64,000 nt of DNA from the NCBI GenBank assembly GCA_963514005.1, contig OY740787.1, forward strand, positions 70,990,001-71,054,000. The letters are read 5' to 3'. The translations under genes and the position numbers were made by a program. Of the stretch, positions 51,701 to 63,700 are shown in pieces (positions within the stretch are counted from its first letter, which is position 1; each line of letters begins with the position of its first letter). The notes under the pieces are model-generated. The model worked only from the letters and a program-made list of their open reading frames with translations. It had not been told where the DNA came from and ran no database searches. Origin of the DNA: Raja brachyura. Taxonomy: Eukaryota.

Positions 51701-54700
51701 AGGCAACAATGAAGAGAGTACAGGAAATTATAAAGAAGCCTGAAAATGAATTTTAAATGTAGTTCGGAAATTGATAAAGTGAATTTCGATGAGGATACAT
51801 GAAGGGACTGGACATGGTGAGACACTAGGCAAGTGTGCGTAGGGCAGAACAGAGGGAGGAAAAGGACAATGCTAGTGTTTGCTCATGAAGAGGATATAAC
51901 ATCACAATTAGTTCAGCTTCAGAGGTGTTGATTAAAGACTTTGGTGGTTAAACTACAGAAGGAGATTGATTCATGAACATAACCAAATGTCTGGTGGACT
52001 GTTAAAAATTCCATAAAGACAGAATTCAATGTTACAACCCATGGGGGAGTTCAGCACCGAGTTGGTATCCTGCTTTATCCACAACAGAGCCTACCCTCCA
52101 AGTATGGAAGAAGTTCAAACTCCATTGTTACATTTGTGCAGAATTGGATGGCTGATCAAGGTCTGAGCCCTGCAGATGAAGCTTACAATGTATCCAACAT
52201 GGCTCTGGATACCACTATTCAAAAGGGTTTCTAAAGTGCTAAAATCATTAATGATTTTATTCACCAAAATGCACGATGACTGAAAAAACACATCAGGAAA
52301 ATAACAGCTGTGCACATCTGCTGCCTTTTCTTGGGGCAACAGTATTCCGTTCATTTGATTTCCATGTAATAGGTAGTGAGATGGACTGTTTCCTCGTGAT
52401 GACAAAAATGTTGTCGGATAACACATTCCAAAATGAATCTTATGATCTACTACGAAGAATATCTCAAAAGGTTTAGGCAGCAAAGTTTTGCTTGGTATGC
52501 TGTTTCAGATTCTTTGTGGCAGCAAGACTCCAGTTCAGTCCTACAGTATATTCGTACATAGGATGTGAACTGGGGTCTCAAGCTGTGTCACAAGTGAACA
52601 AACCTCATCACGCATTATGGACATTCCCTTCTTATTTTGATCAAGTATCAGGATGGCATAATCATTAATATAACGCCTGATCTTTGTTAATAATGATGTA
52701 TCTGAGTGATTTGTATGAGTTCTCTACTGCCAGCAAATCATGTAGCCATCCAATAAAATAATCCTGACATTTATTTCGCTATCAAATCTCAGGCACATCT
52801 ACAGGTTTGTTACACCCTGATTGTGCATAGAGTTCATAGCAATAACACATAATTATATGAAAATTTACAAGGACATAGAACAGAATTAATAATTTAAAAG
52901 CTGCAGGGTCCTTATTTCATATAAACATTTTTAACGATTTATTCAACAAAAGAAACCTACCTTTTTTTGGCGTAACCTCTTTCTTTGGCTTCAATGTTTC
53001 AGGAACTGGCTTCTTAGAAACTTCGGGCACTTCAAGAAATATTGTAATTTTAATTAGCAACTATTGTAACCAAAAGTACTAATATTACAAGTTAAATAAC
53101 ATAGAGAAATGTGACAGAGAAATGCAATACCAACTAGTTTATCTTCTCCTATAAATGTACTGGAGGTAAAATAGGCTAACTACTGAGAATAAGCATGCAG
53201 AAGATATTACATTGTTAATTTGTGCTCATTCATCACTTTGCAGGCAACAGGTTAAACTGGTTTAAAGCCAGAAAATTATGGGGATATTTAGCAGGTTCGG
53301 GAGCATCTGTGAAAAGAGGAAGAGTTAACCTTGTAGTTCCATAATCTTTCATCAGGATAATAAACTGAATGTTCACCCATGATGATGCAAATCCATCAAC
53401 CTGAAACACTAATATGTTTCTCTGCCCATCAATGCTGCTGGACCTTCAGAGAATGTGCAGCGTTTTGTGTCTTAATTTCAGTTTCCATGAATCTGCAGTT
53501 ACTGATCTTTCACTGAAATGTCATTGCTACGTTGTTTACTGGCTGCACATATTGTAAGCCCCCGTAAGGCAATGCAAGATGTGGAAAGGAAGTAAATGTA
53601 GTACCCTCAGAAATAGCAGGCCTTCAAAATCATAAATACAAGTACCGAGTCAATGACAACAATCTCTCTAAGAGATTTTCATAATTTTCATTGCCAGCAA
53701 AACTATAATCAACAAAGTAATTTTCCTGCTAGATCCCCCTTAGTACATTCCTACTAAGGTCCATCTAAATGTTTGTTATACTCTTGATTGTGCAACCGAG
53801 TTCATAATAATGATTATAACACATAAATACAGCAAAATGTAAAAGGGAATATAATAGAATTAATATTAAAAATAGCAAGGTACTTAATCAACAAAATATT
53901 ATCTACCTATCTCTGGAGCAACTTCTTTCTTTGTTTTCAATGGTTCAGGAACTGGCTTCTTAGGAACCTCGGACACTTAAAAAAAGTTATGGTTTTAAGA
54001 TTCAATACAACTGTCCTAATCAAATACATGAATATAACAACATAGCACTAACATGTGCAGCAAGATTCACTACCTGACATTTAGTGTTCTGCATTAAACA
54101 TACTGGAGGGCAAAGTAGCCAACCAACAAGAACAGGTATGTTGCACAGGGGGACATGAACAGTCTGTGCTCATTCATTACTTTGAAGACAACAGAACAAA
54201 CTGGTTTGAAAACAGTAAAAGATGGTAATACTGGGCATGTTTGGTAGCATCTAAGAAGAGAGTAGTTAGCCCTCGAAATCGATGGTGCTGATGGACGGTG
54301 AATGAACAAATGTTTCACATGCCTGAAACATTACTTTTGTTTCACTCTTGCTGAATGATGCCAGATCTGCTGGTTTCTTGGTTTCATTTCACACTTCAAG
54401 TATCTAGTTTTTATGCCTTCCCATTAATGTTAACTGGTACGTTGCTGTAGAAGGGTCTCGATCCTGTAAGTACTCTGATAACATGTATAGCAAAAACAAC
54501 ATACTGGCAACCTGTTAAAGGAGAAATGCAGTCAGGCTGCAAGATACTTTTGGAGATTCCTTTCAAATGTCAATCAAGGCCATGATAAGTTGAGTAATCA
54601 TGTTTTATGTGAAAGAATGTATTCCAAGATTTTCAAGCTATATGATACTGAAACACAATGGCTGGAGTCCTGAAGCATGAATATAGGGATTTAGGCATAA

Positions 54701-57700
54701 AGTTAAAAAGCAAGACCTCAGACGCAGTAATTCTAGACTACTCCCAGTGTATAAGCTAGTGAGAGTAGGAATAGGGGTGGGAGATTGAACCTTCACGTGG
54801 TCCACCTTGTTTAAACGAATGCAATCAACCTGCCATGCATTATCAAATAAGATCAAATAGAACAAGTTGTCCTACAACTTTAGGCTGTGCATGCCATACG
54901 CAAGAAGAAGAAGAGTGGGAATAGGAAGGGTGAATGAGACAGATGAATGCCTGGATGAGGGGCTGGTGAAAGGAGCAGGGTTCAGATCTTTGGACAACTG
55001 GGATGACTTCTGGGGCAGAGGTGATCTACACATGAGGGATGGGTTGCACCCAAATTGGAAAGTGACTGATACCATCGCAGGCAGGTTTGCAAGTGCTATG
55101 AGGGTGGGTTTAAACTAGATTAGCAGGGGGGTGAGATCCAATGCAGTAGAGAGGCAGGTATAAGGATGGAAGTCAATGACAGCAATTTAAATTGACAGGA
55201 CGGGCAGGAGTACAACAGGGAGTGAGGAAATATGTTTGGATTAAATTGTACTATTTTTCAGAGAAAGAGGCCCGACAGGTAAGGGAAATTAATTCAGGGT
55301 GTTGATAGGTTTGTGCGACTAGGACATTTACAGAACTATTCCAACTGTTACAGAAGCCTGACTATGTGCGACTATTACAGAAACCTGGCTAAGAGAGATT
55401 CAGGACTGGCAGCTTAATGCTCTGGGGTACAGCTGCTACAGGTGAAATATGGGGGGGGGGGGGGTTGTTTTATTGATTAATGAGAACATCACAACAGTAG
55501 TCCAAGATCATATTATTGAGGGGCCAACAGTGAGGCTATGTGAGTGGATATGAGAAATAAAAAGCGGATGATCACCTATTTGGGATTGTACGCTAAGCCC
55601 CCAAATAATTAATCTGCAAGACTAACAGGATTCTCATGGTAGGGGATTTTAACTTTCCCCAATATAGACTGGGACTGCCAGTCTATAGTTAGTGTAAAGG
55701 GCATAAATGGGATGGAATTTGTCAAGTGTGTTCAGGAAAGTTTTTTCAGGCAATATGTGAAGCGCCCCACAGGGGAGACGACAACACTTGACTTATTCTT
55801 AGAGAATTGGGCAGGACTATTGGGCTATTGTCTATTGACAAATGAATGAAGTGTCACTGGGTGAGCAATTTGGGACCAGTGGCAACAGTTTTACTAGCTT
55901 TAAAGTAATTAGGGATAAGGACAGGGCTGGTCTACAAGATAAAGTTCTAAATTGAGCAACGCCAACTTTGATTGTATTACACAAGAACTTGCAAATGTTG
56001 AATTGGGGTAAATCCAAAATAGCCCATTTTGTGAAGTGAAAACAGCCAATTTGTAAAATAATTATCTACCAAAAGGTTGAAATTAAGATTACCATTTTTA
56101 AGTTCACAGGTCTATAAAGCTGCAGCAAGTAAAGGGCCTGTCCCACTTGGCCGTCATTTGCACGTAATTTACGTGACATAATTTATGCGTCACGCCGCAC
56201 GACACGTGCGTCATGACACGCATGTCATGCGTGCATGGTGCGCATTACGCACGCATGGTGAGTGATGACATGGGCAGTGACCCGTGGCCGCGCATGGCGT
56301 CGCAGGGTTTTGTGATGTACAAAACCTTCACGCGCCATCTGTGTGACGCGCAAATGAAGGCCAAGTGGGACAGGCCCTTAAGACTTTAATTATTCCAGTT
56401 CATATCTAGTGCATTATAAGACAGATAAACACAATTGAACTGCTGAAAGCTGTATAAAACCCAAGTTTTCTTGTACCTTTAGGTTTAGCATCCTCTTTTG
56501 GAGTGGTAGCTGGTTTCAGTTCATCAATTTTCTGCTTAGGAACCTCTGGCACTTTAAAGAACAATAGAATAATTTAATAATGGGTTGCCGGAGAAATTGT
56601 ACCACTTTAATGATTTACATTTGACTTTTATCCACAATAAAACATACAAAAACTAGACAAAAACTAAACATACAAAAACAGAAAGCAATTGGAAAATGTT
56701 CTATAAATTAATAACTTACCTATATTAAGAAGTAAAACCATGTTTACTTATGAATGCAGTATACTGCTTTTTTGTGTTAATGCAATCAAAAAATATCCTG
56801 TGCTATTTCTCCAGTTAAATGAAAAAAACAATTTATTCACGTAAATAAATATCCATGTAAAAGTGGACAAATGCAGTTACTAATATCTGTATTTTTTGAA
56901 CCAATCCACAAATTATTGGATATATTCTCTTGAGTACAAAATATGTAATTGACATTTACAACGTGGATAACACAAAGATACAATATATCACAACACAAAT
57001 GGACACTACACAATGATAATGAAAACTGGATTTAAGTGAGCACAAAGATGATCCAAAGGAACATAAGCAAGACCAGAACATTATCAGACATCAAAAGAAT
57101 TTAACGCAAATCCTTCCTTTTAGCATATACCTTTTTTTGGTGGAACTTTTACTTTTCCTGGAACAGCAACTTGCTTCTCCACTTCAATAACAGGCTCTTT
57201 TGGAAGCTCTGACATTTTAAAGAATATTATTATCATTTTAGACTAGGATTATTTTAGAATGAGTTCATTTCAAGATTGAGAAAATGATTGTCTAAACTAA
57301 GATGAGTGACAGACAAAAATAAAAATAAAATATTGTATTTTGTATAAATATAACTACTGATTAATAGAAACTATCGTACTTGGCATTAGTTTTTTTACAG
57401 ACAGTAATATGAATTGTACATACAAATAAGAAAAATAAACTATGTTAACTATCACGCTGCAGCACAGTAAGGTTAGATGAAGAAACAAATGAATGAAATT
57501 CATGCTGGGACAAGAAGCACTTTAAGTAAAATCTTATTATGATTTGCAGACAGAATATAATATTTGCTTTTAAATTGATGGAAAGAACAGGACCCCATAA
57601 CTTATGGGCTTTATATGGGATGTTTCCTATGTCGTTGATACCTTTGGTCAGTGTAATTTCTTTCCATGATTCTTCAACAAATGGTTCCTTTGGAACATCT

Positions 57701-60700
57701 GGCACTTTAAAGAACATTATTAATTTAAGATGAGTTTCAGGTAAGAATAACAATAAAGCTAGTTAAACAATCCAGGCATTTATAAGACATTTACCATATG
57801 TATACCTATAACAAAATGTAAATGCAGAATAATTGTTCAATCAAAGGTAGCAAATTATTGTAAATAGTAATAATGCCATGCTTCAGGATTGGTGAAGTGT
57901 TTTTGAGAAGAGTGTACTTGATATCATTATCTTCATGAGAAAGAAAGTTTACTCTTGATTTTCAGTTTAGTAAAAAATAAGAAGTACTAAATCATTTTCT
58001 GGATAGGATCAAAGAAGCGCCCATATTATATAAACACTTGATTTTAAGGCACAAAGAGGAAAGACTAAGAAATATTTGTACAGATGTTTTTAATATACCT
58101 GTTATCAGAGTTGTCTTTTCTCTTGTAATTTTAACTGTTTGGACTTGTTCAGGTTTGGGTTTCTGTGGGATCTCCAGAACTGAAGAATAATCATTGATCA
58201 TTATAGGTTTATTGATCACTTATGCGACTCAGATTTGATTAAGAAAACATGAAACATACACAGCAGACAATATTGATATAGTTGCAATTTTCTTGTACAG
58301 GACATAAATATTAAGTTTTTAGATTAATGTTTTCTAGGAATTTGAACCAAATAATCAGAAGAATAATTTCATGAGGTAGAATATCTCAGCCACAATAATA
58401 ATAAAATAAAAAATCATTATAAATTGTATTAAATTATAAAATATTAATTTGTATTAGCCCATTAATGAAGTTTAACTGATAGCAGTAAGACGAACAGCAA
58501 AACATTTTGTTTAGATTAACATCATTGCTATGACAGTACAAACAATACAATCAGATGTATTGTGTACATGCACATTGAACAAAATTATAAATGAAAAAAT
58601 GTCTAGGATTTTTAGGGATGGACTTAGAAAGATGGAAAGCAGGAATTACTTTCATAATATAGCACGAAAGTCTGTAAGAAATCCCAAGCATCTGTTGTAC
58701 CTTTAACAGGAGCAGCCGCTTTTCTCTCCGGAACAGCGTCTTGTTGGAATTCTTCAATCACTGTCCTCGTATAAGCTTCTTTCACTTGGAAGAATATTGT
58801 TGTTGTTTAAAGATGCAATTCATTCAATAAAACGTAAATAGTTTCCAAATCATTGAAAACAAGAGTCAAAAGTGCAGAATCAAAGCGCATAAATGACATA
58901 ACGACATCAACGAACATTTTATTTTAGAAAGACATGGTATTTAAATGTCTATGGACCAAGTAGGTAAAGATGTATGCCGAACAGTGAGAACATGTGCCAC
59001 TGGCAAACTTAATAGTATGTAAAATTGAGGAAATAGTTCTAGTTTGGTGATAAATCAGTACAAAATCCAGGATGGAATTTAAAATATTCAGCTTAAAATT
59101 GAGCATAAAACAATAAGGGCTCTGTAGTGAGAAGATATTTTAACTGTCCACTTACATCTTATACATCCCAGGGCTTCCTGACAAACTTGATGGGCGGCAG
59201 GAATGTAAATGTATTATTTTGCTCTGTGAAGTTTTGATGGATTTATGATTGTAGAGATCCAGATATTGAGATTGCACAACACTGTGTTGGGGAGTTGCCT
59301 ATCCTGTCTCCTGTCATTATCATCTGGTGCAAGCTCTGAGATTTCTTGATTTCAGAGAGGTTTGTGGGCCATGGATTAAGAGACAGAGCAAAAGGGGAAG
59401 GCATTTAATGTTTTTAATATTTAATATTTTGCTTTAGTTTATAATAATTTTGTCATTTATATATTTTTGTTAATTTTGTGTATTTCTTCAATGAGAAATA
59501 AAAGTCTAATTTATTCAAACTGCATTTCCCCAATAAAACATAAAAAGTGCAACCATATATAAAGAATAACATCACATTGCAACTAAACAGAAAAATACAC
59601 AAAATGTGGCAAACGACAATTAAAGAAGCAAGATTCTATATATGATGTGTGGAGTTCATCAGAAGTATAAATTGTTCACACTTCGTTGTGTAAAGTTTCT
59701 ATGGATGCCTTCCTTTCATCTCATACCTTGCATTGTCATGATCTCTTCTTTTCTTAGTTTTAATTCTTCTGCCATTGGCTTCTTAGGAACGTCTTGCACT
59801 TTAAAGCATATTTTTTTAGGATGAGATTCATTTAAAAAAACAATTTAAACATTCATGAAATCAGAATGATTTTTAACATACAGGACAAATAGAATTAACA
59901 CAATACTTCAAACAATATATCGAAGCCAGTTAATAAGAAAAGTAATATTATAACTATGCTTGGAAAATTCTGTCAGGCATGGGTAAAATTCTTCTGTCAC
60001 TAATTGAAAACCATCAAAACATGTTTTCCAGTGTTGTTGCCAATGTCTACGGTATCTCAGAGCATTTAGTACATAGGATACATAGAAAATTATGGAAATA
60101 CTTGGGAGGTCAGGCAGCATCAATGGAAAGAGAAACAGAATTAATATTCTAGATAGAAAAAATGTCATAAAAACTGCAAAAGTACAGATGAAGGATCTTT
60201 GACATGAAATGTCCGCTTCTTTTTGTACACATGCTGCCTGACCTGCTGAATATTTCTAGACTTTACTGCTTTTATTTCAGAATAGCAACAACGTTTTTTG
60301 TTAAATGCCAATTCTACTATTAGTTCCTGTAATCGTGAATGAAATACAGTAACTACTTGTTATCTACTGATTTCCAATCCCCAAAAAAAAGTATACAGGC
60401 AAGGTTGGTTGTGTACTATTGGGAGTATTGGGAAGGATAGTGTGTTCCTTCAGAAGCCTCTCTAGTGGTGTTCAGTGAATCTTGTTTGCCATGACACAGA
60501 GAACATTTTCTGTCTTGTGCAAGCACATAATGCAATTTTAAATATTACTTGCTGGTACAAGACAAGTAATATCATGTTGTGGCCCACATGCTGTTCCTGT
60601 GCTGTACTTTTCTATTGTTTATACAATGTCTAATATGGGAGATTGAGCACTGGGAAAGGTGTGTAGCCAGAATACGGATTTGTCCCACCAGAGCTAGAGT

Positions 60701-63700
60701 CGGGGTCAGGATTAGGGTAAAAGAACACATGGGGGGGGGGGGGGGGCAGGAAATGGGTAGGTTTGCAGAGTAAGAACCAGAGTATGGGCCGGTTTACAAC
60801 TGAATCTTACCCAAAAGACCACAAAAAGAAAAAAAAGCATTAAAATGGAGGAATGATTTTTCCAACGTATTTTTATACCTGTTACTGTGATAGTTTCTTT
60901 TCTTAGCTTAGTGTCCAGCTGAGGTTTTGTATCAAATTGCTTCTTCTCCAAGTCTTGAAAGAACATAATTAAGATTTATCAAACATAGCATCCTTAACAT
61001 AGAAGCGATTTTTAAAAAGTATAACATAAAACATACAGGACAGACAAAGTAATGCATGATGTTAACCTCTCTTCTCATGACAAGATAAAGATTATTTCCA
61101 TAGATATTACCTACCTACATGTAATTGAAGTAATTACTGTTGATCTTTGTGTATCAGTATTTTATCCATTCATTTCAAATCAGTATATCAGAACATTTAT
61201 AAAATAGAGCAAAGACACTTTGAGATGTTTCTGTGTACATTTATACCTTTTCTTGTGATGATTTCCCTTTTTCCTGAAAGAGCAAATATCTCAACTTCCT
61301 CCGATATTTCAGATTTTGAAATCTCCGGCACTTGAATAAATATTGTGTTTTAAGAGAAAGAATTTAAGAAATTTATGAGAGACATTTGAATAACGTGTTA
61401 ACTACACAAAACATACATCACAACAAGACTGAAACCAATATTATTCTATTTGGACCTCAGATACAAACATTAATTTGCTGTATGGCTGATAATGAAAATC
61501 ATCTACCTGATCAATTAGAATCTAAATTTGACAGTTTTTAACTGTGTTTTTGCAAATAACAATGTTTTATTACAATAATAACATAAGCCTCCTTCAAATA
61601 TTATTAATTCAATGGTGTATTCGTTGAAACACAACTGTATGAAAAATAGTTTGGAAAATAATGGGCTGTGTCAAGTAGACCTGGAATATGCTGTGCAACA
61701 GGTGCCTGTGCATTTATCATTCTGCTCGTACTCATCTTTGAAATAGGAAATTCACCTCTCTGATCCATTGCCAAACAAACTGCAATTGAGTAATGTTCTT
61801 TTTCCAGAAAAAAAAAGATAAACTGGCTTGATTAAGGCTTTAAAAATAAACATAAGAAAGAAGATATCGAGGAATCAAGTTAACTACCCTGAATCAAAAA
61901 GTCACTCCTAAACCAAAAAAATAACCTCTTCATTAACGAATTATGAAAATGTAGAACTTTAAGGTGATTAAGTTGGATGACCACAAACATTTGCTGGGTC
62001 AGAAGGAAAGAATTGAAGATATTGTCGATATATGGTGAAATGGCAGGAGGAAGATTGTGTGAGGCATAAATACTAGCAGAGATCCATTAAGTTGATTATT
62101 TTGTATACATAATTTAAAATTGTATGAATTTCCATGTACATAACAACTAAAGCACACAAATAACAAACAATGAAAGAAACCAATAAAAGATTCATTTTTA
62201 GATTGGTAAGACCAGGATTTCCATCCAAATTGAAAGGATTGTACAAAATTCCACACAAGAGTAAAGTGTTCCTGGCAAAAGTATTAAGATTATGATGGTG
62301 CAAATATATTGTTATAATATGAGTATCTTTGCAGATTTGTACCTTTGATTGGTGCAACTTCTTCTTTCCTCAGAACAATGGTTGCTTTTTCTTCTGGTAT
62401 TATTGGCTTTTTGGGAACCTCTGGCACTTAAAATGATATATTTGTTTTAAGATAAGATTTACTTAAAGCACACATATATAAAAAAGAGTTGACATATAAA
62501 TACGAGGTCAAGAAAAACATTGCAGTTAGCCAATGAGCTCAAAATAGTTTTTGTTTCTGGAGAAACAATATAATGAATACACCAAGAACAAATGATCTAA
62601 GTAAACAAATGGAATATACATTTACTAATTTATTTTACATATGCTACCATCTGTATAAATATAAAGCACTTTAGTTCAAATATAATGTGTCAACTAACCA
62701 TATACAAAATGTAAAATTTATTTTGGATTTGAATTAATTTCAACGTCAATAGGCAATTATTACCTTAACAAAAAATATGCTTATGATTTACTAAGAAACT
62801 TTCATCAAAACCCTCTGTACAAATCATGAACGTCTTTTTTTTCCAATTTATTTGTATCAAATTTACAAAAAGGGTAGTTCTATTGATTAGAATTGTTATT
62901 AAGTAAAACTAATTAAAATAGGCGGTTTAGTGGCACAGCAATAGAGTTGCTGCCTTACAGTGCCAGAGATCCAGGTTCAATCCTGACAGCAGGTGCTGTC
63001 TATATGTAGTTTGTATGTTCTCCTCATAACCTGCGTGGGTTTTTTTCCTGGCGCTCCCACACTCCAAAGACGAACAGGTTTGTAGACTAATTGGCTTAGT
63101 AAATTTGTAAATTATGCCAAGTGTGTGTAGGGTTGTGTTAGTATGTGGGGATCGCTGGCTAGCCGGACTTGGTGGGCCAAAGGGCCTATTTCCACCCTGT
63201 ATCTCTAAACGTATCTAAAATGTCTTAAAAATATACATATCATTCTAAAATTAAAAAAAAATACTTTGATAAATAAATATAGAAATAATAGGGAATATGT
63301 AGCTGTCCTAGGCAACTATCTGGTATTTTTTCATGAATTCTCTTTATGGCCAATGTTACCAGGTTGGTATGTCGTGAGGGGCCAATGTCAATCCCTTGAA
63401 GTAACTGGTTTCTCGTGGCAGGGTCTGAGTGGCAACATAGCCTCCGCTGCATTGAGAAAGCTCTATCCTCCAAAATAAGGATTTTATAGATAGCAAAGGT
63501 CCACTCCTACTTTGTCAGCTACAAAAACTTTAGAAGGCATTTTAATTTTTTTTATTGTTTCTGACTTCTGGAGGCTTTAGAAATCCAATAAAATTACATT
63601 AATACTAAGGAATAAAATCAAAAATTAAGAACCTCTGAAAACATAAGTTAAAAAAATTGAAGTGATGTAATCAAAAATGTAACCGTCTCCCAATTCACCA

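Larger units (their letters stand above)
37300..54260 (-). repeat. Decayed tandem array of a PEVK exon+intron unit (10 exon-bearing copies and 1 exonless copy)
   Basis: Recurrent + strand flanks such as gcaaggtac...tttagcatttaaatcaacaaaaagaaacctacc and ttcaagaaatatt...ctgagaac...ctatgctcattcatt. Confidence 0.9.

Noticed and set aside
37479-53975. Regularly recurring near-identical ~70-100 bp repeats resembling a CRISPR array
   Set aside because: They are spliced coding exons separated by 0.3-3.5 kb homologous introns in a vertebrate gene; there are no cas genes.
38795-60748. Poly-C/poly-G runs (38795-38835, 46730, 49058, 55451, 60731) as G-quadruplex regulators
   Set aside because: Most lie inside transposon copies, homopolymer lengths are unreliable, and there is no evidence of function.
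62921-62990. tRNA gene
   Set aside because: The A/B boxes belong to a SINE head with no complete cloverleaf, followed by a V-core and a LINE tail.
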